NCBI GenBank assembly: GCA_963790305.1
Contig: CAWBOC010000010.1
Coordinates: 128,001-192,000, forward strand
DNA from: an uncultured Gemmatimonadaceae bacterium
GTDB lineage: Bacteria > Gemmatimonadota > Gemmatimonadetes > Gemmatimonadales > Gemmatimonadaceae
Direction of reading: 5' to 3'
DNA length: 64,000 bases
Shown here: piece after piece, positions 37,229 to 46,849 of the stretch
How positions within the stretch are numbered: the first letter of the stretch is position 1
How the letters are laid out: each line of letters begins with the position of its first letter
Made by a program: the position numbers and the translations under genes
The notes under the pieces: model-generated
Told to the model about the DNA's origin: nothing
Database searches by the model: none
What the model saw: only the letters and a program-made list of their open reading frames with translations

Positions 37229-38263
37229 CTACCTCCGCAACACATCCCAGATCCGCTCGTCCTCCTGCCCCAGCACCCACACCGAGAATCCGCGAAGCTT
37301 TTTCTCCTGCGCCAGGGCCAGCTTTGCGCGGAAGCTCCGCTCGTCCTCGAGAAAGAGCCATTCGAACGTGCCGCCGTTCTCGAACGAGCCGTACGTGACG
37401 GCCTGGGTGGAATCCCACATCAGGCGCGCGCCGTAGCGCGCTGCCATTCCCGAGCCCCACGTCCACGTCACCGTCTCCGCCCACGAGCGCGCGCGCTCCG
37501 GGAGGGTATTGTCCTCCCGCGTGAAGAAATGCAGTCCCTGAGACGGAATACCTAACGACACCTTGTTCGCCGGGACCGAGCGGAGCACGTAGTCCACCAC
37601 CGATCGCATCCAGGGGATTCCAGCCTGTGGCCCCGGCGTCGTGCGGCGCGTGTGCTGGCTGTAGGTCATGATCGTCACGAAGTCGCCGAGTCGTCCCAGC
37701 GCGGCGAGGTCATACGCTGCGCGCCAGCTGTCGAACAGGAACCGGTGATAGCTGAGGGGCCCGGCAAGCTCGGTGGGGCGGTGGACCACGGCGATGCTGA
37801 TCGTGCAGCCGGCGGCCCGCAGCGCACGCGCCGCCTCGCCGTACCAGGTCGTCAGCCGGTCGCGATCATCAATGTGCACATTCTCGATGTCGAACTGCCA
37901 ACCCCAGTAGCGATGCTGTCGGCACTCGTCGGCCATCGCCCGCGTGGCGCGATGGCGAGCGGTCGTGTCCGCCAGCAGTCGGCGTAGCGACGGCTGATGG
38001 AAGCTCTCGTTCACGAGTAGCGGCATCACCTTCACGTTGCGCTCCCGCGCCAGCTCGAGCACCCGGCGGTCGACGCTTCCCCACAGAATCCCGAGGCTGT
38101 CCACCCGATACCCGCCGACGCCGAGGACGTCAATGCGGTCGGCGTGCTTGACGAAGGCGTCATAGCTGTCCTCGCGATCGACATAATAGAAAAGGCGCTC
38201 GAGTGCCGGCTGCGCCTGGAGCGTGATGGGGATCAGAAGGGCGAGGTGGAGCAGAGAACGCAT
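37229..38263 (-). CDS. Glycoside hydrolase family 18 protein (YaaH/YdhD-like), secreted
   Basis: GWQFDIEN, YDLAALGRLGDFVTIMTY, KVSLGIP and KLRGFSVWVLGQED. Confidence 0.88.
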   Translation of the reverse strand: MRSLLHLALLIPITLQAQPALERLFYYVDREDSYDAFVKHADRIDVLGVGGYRVDSLGILWGSVDRRVLELARERNVKVMPLLVNESFHQPSLRRLLADTTARHRATRAMADECRQHRYWGWQFDIENVHIDDRDRLTTWYGEAARALRAAGCTISIAVVHRPTELAGPLSYHRFLFDSWRAAYDLAALGRLGDFVTIMTYSQHTRRTTPGPQAGIPWMRSVVDYVLRSVPANKVSLGIPSQGLHFFTREDNTLPERARSWAETVTWTWGSGMAARYGARLMWDSTQAVTYGSFENGGTFEWLFLEDERSFRAKLALAQEKKLRGFSVWVLGQEDERIWDVLRR

Positions 38264-38424
38264 CGGGATATCCTCGGAGGGGGGTCGCCAGGTGACCAAT
38301 GCTAGCGGTCGGGCGGTCCGGGAGTAAGGATGTGACAGTGGTGCGCCGATTGCGGAGGGGCTGTTCTGCCGCACCCTACATAGTGAAAGCGACCTGGACC
38401 CGTCCTGTCGTATCGGAGGCGAGG

Positions 38425-41408
38425 ATGTCGGCTGTGCGACGCATTCACCGCGCGTCAGTACTGCTCAGCGCGGTGTTGTTTCTCTCCTGCAAGGACACTC
38501 CGACCACTAACCAGCAGCTGACGCGCGTCCCTGCGGCACTCGACATCGTCGCGGGAGACGGGCAGCAGGGTGTTGTCGGAGCCGAGCTCGCCAATCCGCT
38601 CGTCGTGCGGGTCGAGGACGCGAACGGCCTCCCGATCGTCGGTCAGCTGGTCAATTTTCGCGTAACGTCGGGCGGGGGCAGCGTCTTCGCCAGTGCTGGG
38701 CTCACCAACGCCCTCGGAATCGTGCAAGATCGGTGGACGCTCGGGACGTCGACCGCCGAGAGCCAGCGAGTCGAAGCGCGCGCCGTCGATCCGAATACCG
38801 GAGCGGCGATCGTGTTCGCGACCTTCAATGCCACTCCGCTTCCAGGGCCGGCGCACGCGGTGACGAAGACGGGCGGCGACGCGCAGACGGGGGCGCTTGG
38901 CGCGGCGCTGGCGGACTCGCTGGCGGTGCGAGTCGCAGATTCGTACGGGAACCCGGTGCCTGGAGTGACGGTCGTCTGGGCGGCGAGCGCCGGCAACGGC
39001 GCGGTGAGCCCCGCGACCTCGCAGACGAACGCCCAGGGAATCGCCAAGGCGCAATGGACGCTCGGGGCGCGCATGGACGTTCCGCATTCGGTTACGGCGA
39101 CACTCGCGACGCTCGCACCGGCCACCTTCAGCGTTACCGCCACGCTTCCATTGACCGCGACCATCGTAAAGGTGGCTGGCGATGGCACCACCGCGACTGT
39201 AGGCACCGCGATGGCGGAATCGCTCGCGGTGCGAGTGCAGTTGGCAGGGGGCCAGGTTGTCGCCGGTGCACAAGTGTCCTGGAATATCGCGAGCGGCGGT
39301 GGAAGCATTGCCCCCGCCAGTTCGGTGACACAAGCCGACGGCGTGACTCGGGCACGGCTCACTTTGGGCACGGGTGCAGGCGCGAATGTCGTGACGGCGG
39401 CTGCTTCGGGAGTCACGCCCGCGACCTTCACGGTGACAGGAAGCCCAGACGTCCCAGCCTCGCTGACAAAGATCAGCGGAGATGGGCAGACGGGCACCGT
39501 TGCTCAGCCCCTGTCGGCTCCGCTGGTCGTGCACGTGACCGACCGCTTCGGGAATAGCGTGCCTAACGCGACGGTCACGTGGACGGTGAGCGCCGGCGGA
39601 GGCAGTGTCGGGAACACCTCCGTGACCAATGCGGAAGGGCGCGCCACCATGCAATGGACCCTCGGCGGCTCCAGCGGAACTCAGCGCGTTAGGGCTTCGA
39701 TCGGGTCCGGGGCGGTTGAGTTTACGGCGACTGCGAATTCCGGCTCACTCGCGTCGGTGCGCGTTTCGCCTGACAGTCTTCGATTCGGCTCGCTCAACTC
39801 TTCGTCGAGGCTCACGGCGCGCGCGTTCGACCAGTTCGGCAACGAGCTGTCGGGTGTGACGTTCACGTGGTTCGGGCCGAATGGCGCCGTCGCCACGGTC
39901 GATGGCAGCGGGCTCGTGACGTCGAGAGGAAACGGGTCCACCTGGATTGGGGCCCGGAGTGGCTCGCTTGCCGATAGCACCCTCGTCACGGTGCGACAGG
40001 TGACATACCTCGTGCACGTGTCGCCACCTTCGGCCGGCGTCGTTGTCGGCGATACCACACGGTACGTGGGTACGCCAGTGGACACGGTCGGTCACCGCAT
40101 CCCCGATGCGACGATTTCCTGGACGACATCCAACGGAACCATCGCGACGGTCGATGGCACGGGGCTCGTTCGCGGCGTAACCGCCGGTGAAGCGTGGGTC
40201 GTTGCGCAAAGCGAGGGCGTGCGGGACAGTGCCCGCGTGATCGTTCTCGGGGCGCTGGTGGCGGAGCGTGTGTCAGCCGGATATTGGCACAACTGTGTCC
40301 TCGACAATGGGAATCGCGCGTTCTGTTGGGGAACGAACGCGTACGGACAACTCGGCAAGGGTACCACCGATGGAGAGGTTCATACGCCAGCGTTGGTCAT
40401 TGGCAATCACAACTTCGCGAGCATTGATGCGTCGGCACAGACGACATGCGCTCTGGAGGGAAGCACGCCGTATTGCTGGGGCAACACGGTCAACCCAGTC
40501 CCGGGTCTGCAACGCTCTGCAACTCCGATCGCGAGAGGCGAAGTTGCATTCACGCAGGTTACGCAGGGATTTTCCCACGCATGCGGCCTGACAGCGAGCG
40601 GGAAAGCCTACTGCTGGGGCGAGAATGATCGCGGCCAACTTGGCACCGATACCACGCGCAACGACTCCATCCCACAAGCGGTCGTCGGCAACCACACCTT
40701 TGCTTCGATTAGTGCCGGTGGACGACATACGTGCGCATTGACGCCTACGGGAGAGGCGTATTGCTGGGGCAACAATGACTATGGTGAGCTTGGAATCGGA
40801 TCCCGGGACGAATTTGGAGAACGGTGTTCTGTAACGTACCCATGTCGGAAACGGCCGACACTGGTGGCGGGGGGACTCGTGTTCTCTTCGATCAGCGCCG
40901 GAGAGATCCACACTTGCGCGATTCGAAGCGCGGACCGTGCGTTGTACTGCTGGGGACTGAACGACTATGGCCAACTCGGAACCGGCCCCGTCGTCGTCAA
41001 TTGCAGTAATCGCTTTGGCGGTACGTTCGCGTGTGAGGCATTCTCCGGTGGCAGTCGGCGACGGCCGAGCGTACGCGTCGGTGTCGGCGGGGTACTATCA
41101 GACCTGTGCGATAGCTGCCGACAATACGGGATTGTGTTGGGGACGAAACGAAGCCGGCCAACTCGGGCGGACGACCACAGAACAATGTACCGACGTGTCC
41201 GGGACGTTTACGCCCTGCGGTGTGACGCCGGGCGTCGTGAGTGGGGGATTGGTTTTCCGGGAGATTAGCTCCGGATATCTCCACGGCTGCGGCGTAACGG
41301 TCGCGCGCGAGATCTACTGTTGGGGCGATAACCAGTACGGCCAGCTTGGGACAGGGACGCGAACGCCGGGAGGGGTGACTCCTCGGCGCGTGGGTTTGGC
41401 GCCAGTAG
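38425..41408 (+). CDS. Large surface lipoprotein with bacterial Ig-like repeats and RCC1/BLIP-II repeats; apparent frameshift near 41042 and probably near 41393
   Basis: Lipobox FLS-C, repeated GDGQ.G..G..L..PL.VRV.D..GNPV, Big_2 VATVDGSGLVT and repeated YCWG.N.YGQLG. The last repeats are in the frame of ORF 40967. A TAG at 41406-41408 precedes a terminator. Confidence 0.8.
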
Positions 41409-41423
41409 CGCGGGCTGCACGCG

Positions 41424-41451
41424 AACGGGGCGCTCGAGAGAGCGCCCCGTT
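41424..41451. terminator. Bidirectional terminator-like hairpin
   Basis: AACGGGGCGCTC-GAGA-GAGCGCCCCGTT between the RCC1 gene and kamA. Confidence 0.75.
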
Positions 41452-41458
41452 TCACATC

Positions 41459-42634
41459 TCACCCCGCCCGCGCCGACCGTTTCGCCGCCGGCCGCTTCGA
41501 TCGCTTGGGTTTCTTCCCGATCTGAATCGGCACGATGTCCGGCGGCGCCTCGGCGGCGATACCGCAGCCATCGACCGGCACCGGAATCCGCGGCTGCTTG
41601 TAGACGTACCGCTCGCCCGCGTAGTTCCGGAAGACCACCTCGTCGTCATTGATCTCCTCGACGTACTCGGGGAGCAACGGCACTTTGCCGCCGCCTCCTG
41701 GCGCGTCGATCACGAAGTGCGGCACCGCCAGCCCCGACGTCCATCCACGGAGTGCCTGGACGATCTCCAGACCCTTTTGCACCTGCGTCCGGAAATGCTC
41801 GCCCCCCGCCACCTGATCGGCCATATAGAGGTAATAGGGGCGGACCCGCGCCTTGAGGAGCTTCTGCATCAGCTCCTTCATGATCGCCGGGTCGTCGTTC
41901 ACCCCGCGGAGCAGTACCGTCTGGCAGCCTAACGGGACACCGGCCTCGGCCAGGCGCCCCAGTGCGGCCACCGCCGCCGGCGTCAGCTCCGAGGGATGGT
42001 TGAAGTGCGTGTTCATGTACACGGGGTGGTACTTCTTCACCATCTCACAGAACTCGGGTGTGATGCGCTCCGGAAGGTGAGAGGTTATTCGACTCCCGAT
42101 GCGGATGATCTCGACGTGCGGGATCGCCCGGAGATTCTGGAAGAGATACTCCAGCCGCCGGTCGCTCAGCATCATCGGGTCGCCGCCGGACATGATGACG
42201 TCGCGAATCTCGGGATGATTCCGGATGTACTCGAAGGCCGACTCGTATTGGTTGAGCGGGATCTTCTCCGGGTCACCCACCTTCCGCCGCCTCGTGCAGA
42301 ACCGGCAATAGCTCGCGCAGATCGGGCTGACGAGGAACAGCGCCCGATCCGGATAGCGATGCGTAATGTTCGGGACCGGCGAGTCGCCGTCCTCATCGAG
42401 TGAGTCGATCATTCCATCCTGGATGTCGAGCTCCTCGACGGTCGGCACGTACTGCTGCCACATTGGATCGCCGACTTCCTTGATCTGCTCGAGCACAGCC
42501 GGCGTCAGTCGCATCTGGAAGTTGTCGAACGCCGGCTTCAAGGCCTCGACGTCGATCACGTCATGGCCGAATCGCTCCGCCAGCTTTTCGAGACTGTCGA
42601 CTCCTTCCCGCAAGACTTGCTGCCATTCACTCAT
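41459..42634 (-). CDS. kamA: KamA-family radical SAM aminomutase (lysine 2,3-aminomutase-like)
   Basis: HRYPDR, CASYCRFCTRRR, SGGDP, HFNHP, QTVLLRGVND and IDAPGGGGKVP (PLP lysine). Confidence 0.92.
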   Translation of the reverse strand: MSEWQQVLREGVDSLEKLAERFGHDVIDVEALKPAFDNFQMRLTPAVLEQIKEVGDPMWQQYVPTVEELDIQDGMIDSLDEDGDSPVPNITHRYPDRALFLVSPICASYCRFCTRRRKVGDPEKIPLNQYESAFEYIRNHPEIRDVIMSGGDPMMLSDRRLEYLFQNLRAIPHVEIIRIGSRITSHLPERITPEFCEMVKKYHPVYMNTHFNHPSELTPAAVAALGRLAEAGVPLGCQTVLLRGVNDDPAIMKELMQKLLKARVRPYYLYMADQVAGGEHFRTQVQKGLEIVQALRGWTSGLAVPHFVIDAPGGGGKVPLLPEYVEEINDDEVVFRNYAGERYVYKQPRIPVPVDGCGIAAEAPPDIVPIQIGKKPKRSKRPAAKRSARAG

Positions 42635-43371
42635 CGCGCATTTGCTCCCCGCCTGTCGGCGAGTGGGTGGAACCGTTTGACGAAAATGATCCGATCATCA
42701 CCGGGCGCGTAGAAGTCGCGCACGCGTGCGGCCTCGGTATAACCGCGCCGCTCGTAGAAGCCGCGGGTCGCGCCGTAGTCGGATCGGGACGATGTTTCGG
42801 CGATCAACATCCGGGCATGCTGTCCCACGAGCCTTCGCTCGACCTCTTCGAGGAGGATGGTTCCAATGCCGGCGCCCTGGAGTGCCGTGTCGACGGCGAT
42901 CCAATAGAGATCCCAGGTGCGGTCGGTGGCGGGCGTCGGACCCCAGCAGGCGTATCCGACGAGGACCTCTTCCGGGGTGAAGGCGCCGAGGAAGAGGTAA
43001 TCCGAATGCGGAGTTCGGAATGCGGATGGGACGGCGACGTCCTCCGCATTCCGCATTCCGCGTTCTGCGATGCTTTCATCAAACAGCTCGAGCGCGATGC
43101 CAATCTCGGCCGCGCTGAAGACCTTCGAGCCGCGTAAGATTTCGGCGATCCGTGGACGTGCGGCGGCAGAGAGCTCGCCGAGGATGATTCCGGTTCCGCG
43201 GGAATCGATCAGCTCTCCGGCGCCGTCGGATCGTCGCCGCGGCGCGAATTCCTCCCTGGAGAGCGGGAGCGAGGTGGACGCGTCCGTCGCCACTGGCGGC
43301 CGACTCGTCATTCCTCCGCTCGGAGGCTCGGACTCGATCGCGCCTTCTGTGGCGCGCGTCACAAGCGTCAT
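42631..43371 (-). CDS. GNAT N-acetyltransferase
   Basis: GYACWGPTP, WDLYWIAVD, QGAGIGT, AETSS and TRGFYERRGY. Confidence 0.88.
   Translation of the reverse strand: MTLVTRATEGAIESEPPSGGMTSRPPVATDASTSLPLSREEFAPRRRSDGAGELIDSRGTGIILGELSAAARPRIAEILRGSKVFSAAEIGIALELFDESIAERGMRNAEDVAVPSAFRTPHSDYLFLGAFTPEEVLVGYACWGPTPATDRTWDLYWIAVDTALQGAGIGTILLEEVERRLVGQHARMLIAETSSRSDYGATRGFYERRGYTEAARVRDFYAPGDDRIIFVKRFHPLADRRGANAR
43004..43065. repeat. GCGGAAT heptamer palindrome inserted in frame in the GNAT
   Basis: Encodes ERGMRNAEDVAVPSAFRTPHS. Confidence 0.85.
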
Positions 43372-44432
43372 CAGCGAACTCCAGCCGCGAACAGCTCGAG
43401 CGCGGCGGGGTCGGTCGGCACCACCACACCGGAGAGCCGCGCCGAGAGCGCCCAGCGATTCTGCTCGAGCTGCCGCTGGCGCCGCGCTCCCGCCTCGCAG
43501 ATCGCCGAGACGAGCGCGGGGAAATCCATTCCAGCGACGCGCGCCATTCTCGCAAGCCCGGCATCGGGGGCAATGTCGGGATTCGCGTTCACCTCGAGAA
43601 TCCATGGGCGGCCCTGAGCGTCGATACGCATGTCGACGCGGCCGTATCCCTCGCCACCAACCGCCTTCCACGCATCGAGCGCCAGCCGCTTGAGCTCGGC
43701 GGTGAGCTCCGGCGAGATCTTCGCCGGACATACTGGCGCCGCGCCGAGATCCTCGTCGCTTCCCACTTCCCACTTCGAGCGATAGGAGACGATGCGCCAT
43801 TTCCCCTTGGGCATGGCATCGAATTCGATCTCGGCCACCGGGAGCACTATTCCATCGACGATGCCCACGTTGACCTCACGGCCATCGACGAACCGCTGAA
43901 CGAGGACCTCACTCCACCGCTCGTGCATCGCATCGACGCGTGCCGCCAGCGCCCGCATGTTCCGCACGACGGAGCGCTGCTCCACGCCCACCGACGCATC
44001 CTCGGCGGCCGGCTTGCAGATCGCGGGGAAGCCGACGGTCGGCAACGTGGAGCCGGGCGTCACGACCGCCCACCGCGGCACCGGAAGCTCCGCGCGCTCG
44101 AGGAGCGCGTTCACCACGTGCTTGCGAAGGCAGAACGCGGTCGTCCAGCTCGAGCTTCCCGTATAAGGAATGCTGAGAACCTCGAGCACGGAGATCACCG
44201 CGGGCTCGTACGCCGCGATGCCATCAATGCACTCGCAGAGGTTGAAGGCGAGGTCGAACTTGCCGCGGCGCATGCGCTCTACCCAGCGACCGTCGAGCGC
44301 CACCGGAACGCGCACGACCTGGTTCCCCTCGTCGACGAGCGATTTCTCGATCGCTTCGACCGTCTCGAGGATCAGCAGGTCCGCGGCCTGTCCGAGCGCC
44401 GACATTCCATCGAATAACAGGGCAATCTTCAT
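43371..44432 (-). CDS. D-Ala-D-Ala-ligase-like ATP-grasp enzyme (B)
   Basis: AFNLCE, IPYTGS, KPAAEDASVGV, GYGRVDMR and ILEVNANPDI. Confidence 0.88.
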   Translation of the reverse strand: MKIALLFDGMSALGQAADLLILETVEAIEKSLVDEGNQVVRVPVALDGRWVERMRRGKFDLAFNLCECIDGIAAYEPAVISVLEVLSIPYTGSSSWTTAFCLRKHVVNALLERAELPVPRWAVVTPGSTLPTVGFPAICKPAAEDASVGVEQRSVVRNMRALAARVDAMHERWSEVLVQRFVDGREVNVGIVDGIVLPVAEIEFDAMPKGKWRIVSYRSKWEVGSDEDLGAAPVCPAKISPELTAELKRLALDAWKAVGGEGYGRVDMRIDAQGRPWILEVNANPDIAPDAGLARMARVAGMDFPALVSAICEAGARRQRQLEQNRWALSARLSGVVVPTDPAALELFAAGVR

Positions 44433-45742
44433 TACCGACCTCCTCGACGAATGCGGAACGCGGAATGCGGAGGGCGGTTGCCGTTATTCAGGTTCCGCAT
44501 TCCGCCTTCCGCATTCTCCAGCACAACACCCTCTCTTTCCGCCGCGGCCCGCAGGCATGCCTGGATGAGCTCGTCGTAGCTCATCCCCGCCACCCGCGCG
44601 GCCTTCGGAAAGCACGAGTTGTCCGCCGGGTTCGGCAAAATCCCCGGAAGGGGATTCACCTCCACGACGTTCGGCTCCCCGGCCACGTCCAGCCGCACAT
44701 CGATCCGCGACCAGTCCCGACAGCCGAGCACCTGATAGGCGCGGAGAGCAACCTGTTCGATCTCGCTCGTCAGGGCCCCGTCGATCCGCGCGGGACACTC
44801 GAACATCTCGAGTGGATTCTCCGGACGGTCCCAGAGCCACTTCGCTTCAAAGCCATAGACCGGTACTGCGCCATCAGGCAGCGCGTCGAAATTGATTCCG
44901 ACGATGGGTAGCACTCTCGCCGCGTTTCCGTTGCCGAGGATCGCGCAGGTGAACTCCGCGCCAGGCAGATACTCTTCGACCAGCACCGGCTGCTCATACC
45001 GCTCGAGGAGGAAGAGCACCTGCGCCCTCAGCTCGTCCGTCGTGCGGCAGAAATTCTTTTCCGTGATCCCCTTCGAGCTTCCCTCGTGGACCGGCTTCAC
45101 GAAAACCGGCGAGCGAGGGTCCACGAGCGAGGAAGTCCTCTTCTTCCCGTTCCCCGATCGCTTTCCGCCGAGAAACGATTCCAGCTCCCCCACGTCACGG
45201 ATGAGAACGAAGGGCGCCGTCCGCACGCCGTGATACGAAAGCCATTCCTTCGTGCGCGCCTTGTCGAGGCAGAGCGAGAGCGAGAACGGATCGCTCCCGG
45301 AGTAGGGAATTCCGAAGAACTCGCAGATCGCGGGCACGTGGGCCTCGCGATTCACTCCTCTCGACCCCTCGGCGATGTTGAAGACGAGGTCGGGCCGCTC
45401 TCGCCTCAACCGCTCGGGGAAATCGTGGTTCGCCTCGAGGCGAATAACCTCGCCACATGCGGAAAGTGCGCGCTCGACGGCGGCGATCGTCTCTTCGCTA
45501 TCCCACTCGGCGTATTCATCGTCGGCGGCGAGCTCGAGGGTTTCGAGAGCGCTCGCGGAACGGGGGTCGGTCATCTCGCCCGCGCGGCTCTCGTTCACCG
45601 CGAGGGAGCTGGAGGTCCGGGACGCGATGTCCCGGCGACTACTGGGAGGGTCGTCCTCGGGACGCGACGGCGTCGCATCCTCCATCGAGAGTGGTGCGCT
45701 CGGGTCTGGCTTCAGATTGTAGGCGAAACCGATTCGCGTCAT
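44432..45742 (-). CDS. D-Ala-D-Ala-ligase-like ATP-grasp enzyme (A)
   Basis: AEWDSEETI, VFNIAEG, IPYSGSDP, VKPVHEGSSKGI, SRIDVRLD and EVNPLPGI. Confidence 0.88.
   Translation of the reverse strand: MTRIGFAYNLKPDPSAPLSMEDATPSRPEDDPPSSRRDIASRTSSSLAVNESRAGEMTDPRSASALETLELAADDEYAEWDSEETIAAVERALSACGEVIRLEANHDFPERLRRERPDLVFNIAEGSRGVNREAHVPAICEFFGIPYSGSDPFSLSLCLDKARTKEWLSYHGVRTAPFVLIRDVGELESFLGGKRSGNGKKRTSSLVDPRSPVFVKPVHEGSSKGITEKNFCRTTDELRAQVLFLLERYEQPVLVEEYLPGAEFTCAILGNGNAARVLPIVGINFDALPDGAVPVYGFEAKWLWDRPENPLEMFECPARIDGALTSEIEQVALRAYQVLGCRDWSRIDVRLDVAGEPNVVEVNPLPGILPNPADNSCFPKAARVAGMSYDELIQACLRAAAEREGVVLENAEGGMRNLNNGNRPPHSAFRIRRGGR
44449..44516. repeat. GCGGAAT heptamer palindrome forming the C-terminal tail of ATP-grasp A
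   Basis: Encodes ENAEGGMRNLNNGNRPPHSAFRI. Confidence 0.8.
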
Positions 45743-45894
45743 CCGGTCCGGGCCTGCTCGTGTTCCTTCTTTGGAACCGATCGCCTCATCGTGCGGCGAC
45801 TACGGGCTTCCGTTCGACCAACTCGCGACTTGGTGCGCTACCTCACTCACGTCAGACGAAGCAAAGCAAACGCGATGCCAATTGGATGGCGCGC

Positions 45895-45957
45895 AAGATA
45901 AAATCCGTGGGAAGGAGAAGCAATGATTTTTTGGGCGGGAGAGAAAATTTTTTTTTC
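45895..45957 (-). promoter_or_regulatory. Sigma70-type promoter with UP-element-like A-tracts for the ATP-grasp/GNAT/kamA operon
   Basis: Minus strand TTGCTT(45923)-N17-TATCTT(45900), preceded by A9 and A6 tracts. Confidence 0.65.
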
Positions 45958-46038
45958 GATCGATGAGGACTGAAGACGGAGGAGTGAGGAATTCCATCAG
46001 AAGCGGAGCGACTGAGAAAATTTCCTCCCCCTCGGTCC

Positions 46039-46788
46039 TCAGACTTTATGAAACCTCACTCTCGCCGCCTCTCGTCGATCCTCGGCGTCGTAGATCTCGA
46101 AGTCCGAGAAGAAGGCGGGCGCCTCCGTTTGCAGGAGACGAATCAGCGCCACGGCGCAGCGGCGAATCTCCAGCTCCGCGCCCTCGCCCGCACGGAGCTC
46201 CAGCATCGTCCGCCACGCGCGAGTATTCCCCGTGACGACGATTTTCGTCTCGGTCGCGTTCGGAAGAAGGCTTCGCGCTGCCTCGCGCGCCATTTTCCGA
46301 CGGTGGACCTTGTCCGCGATCCAGCCGTATCGCTCCATGAGACGATCGACCGTTTCGACATAGGCCCGCTGCGCCTCGTCGATCTGCCGCTTCCACGACG
46401 CCTCGAGCGGTTCATCGCCGATGATCGCCGGCGGAACGACGAAGTGCGCCTCCGACTCGTCGACGTACCGCTGCGAGAGCTGAGAGTAGGCGAAGCCGGC
46501 GCGGTGGCGGACGAGCTCGTGGGTGAGCGACCGGCTCACGCCCTCGAGGAGGATCGAGTAGTTCGCGTGCTCGAGAACGCTGCCGTGGCCCTGCCGCTTG
46601 ATGTTCTCGAGATAGTCCTGCGTCGAGCGGCGCGCGGGGTTCCGCTGGCTCATGTAGCAGAGGCGACCGGCAAACTCGGCCAGACGCTCTCCTCCACTCG
46701 CGTCACCGAGCCATTCGACAGGAAGGTGGCTCGGCTCCGTGAACTGCGGACGCGAGATGAGCGTGAGTCGGGGTTCTAGAAAAAGCAA
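46039..46788 (-). CDS. thyX: FAD-dependent thymidylate synthase; start uncertain (TTG 46788 chosen)
   Basis: GHGSVLEH, SRSLTHELVRHRAGFAYSQLSQRY and AREAARSLLPNATET. Confidence 0.93.
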   Translation of the reverse strand: MLFLEPRLTLISRPQFTEPSHLPVEWLGDASGGERLAEFAGRLCYMSQRNPARRSTQDYLENIKRQGHGSVLEHANYSILLEGVSRSLTHELVRHRAGFAYSQLSQRYVDESEAHFVVPPAIIGDEPLEASWKRQIDEAQRAYVETVDRLMERYGWIADKVHRRKMAREAARSLLPNATETKIVVTGNTRAWRTMLELRAGEGAELEIRRCAVALIRLLQTEAPAFFSDFEIYDAEDRREAARVRFHKV

Positions 46789-46849
46789 AGGGAGTCGAGG
46801 GTGTCGAGGGTGTCGGAGGGTTTCAAGGACTCGCGCGAGGAAGCTACAC

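Noticed and set aside
40260..41350. RCC1 repeats as a diversity-generating retroelement target
   Set aside because: No reverse transcriptase and no template/variable repeat pair differing at adenines was seen.
41409..41932. Extension of the RCC1 ORF across kamA
   Set aside because: It is antisense to kamA and runs through a terminator hairpin; a stop at 41406-41408 is more plausible.
41459..42634. EpmB (EF-P beta-lysylation) assignment
   Set aside because: No efp or epmA is nearby and the operon context differs; phylogeny is needed to exclude it fully.
43371..45742. Vancomycin-resistance or housekeeping ddl genes
   Set aside because: There is no vanH/vanX/vanRS or mur/fts context, and the genes are coupled to GNAT and kamA instead.
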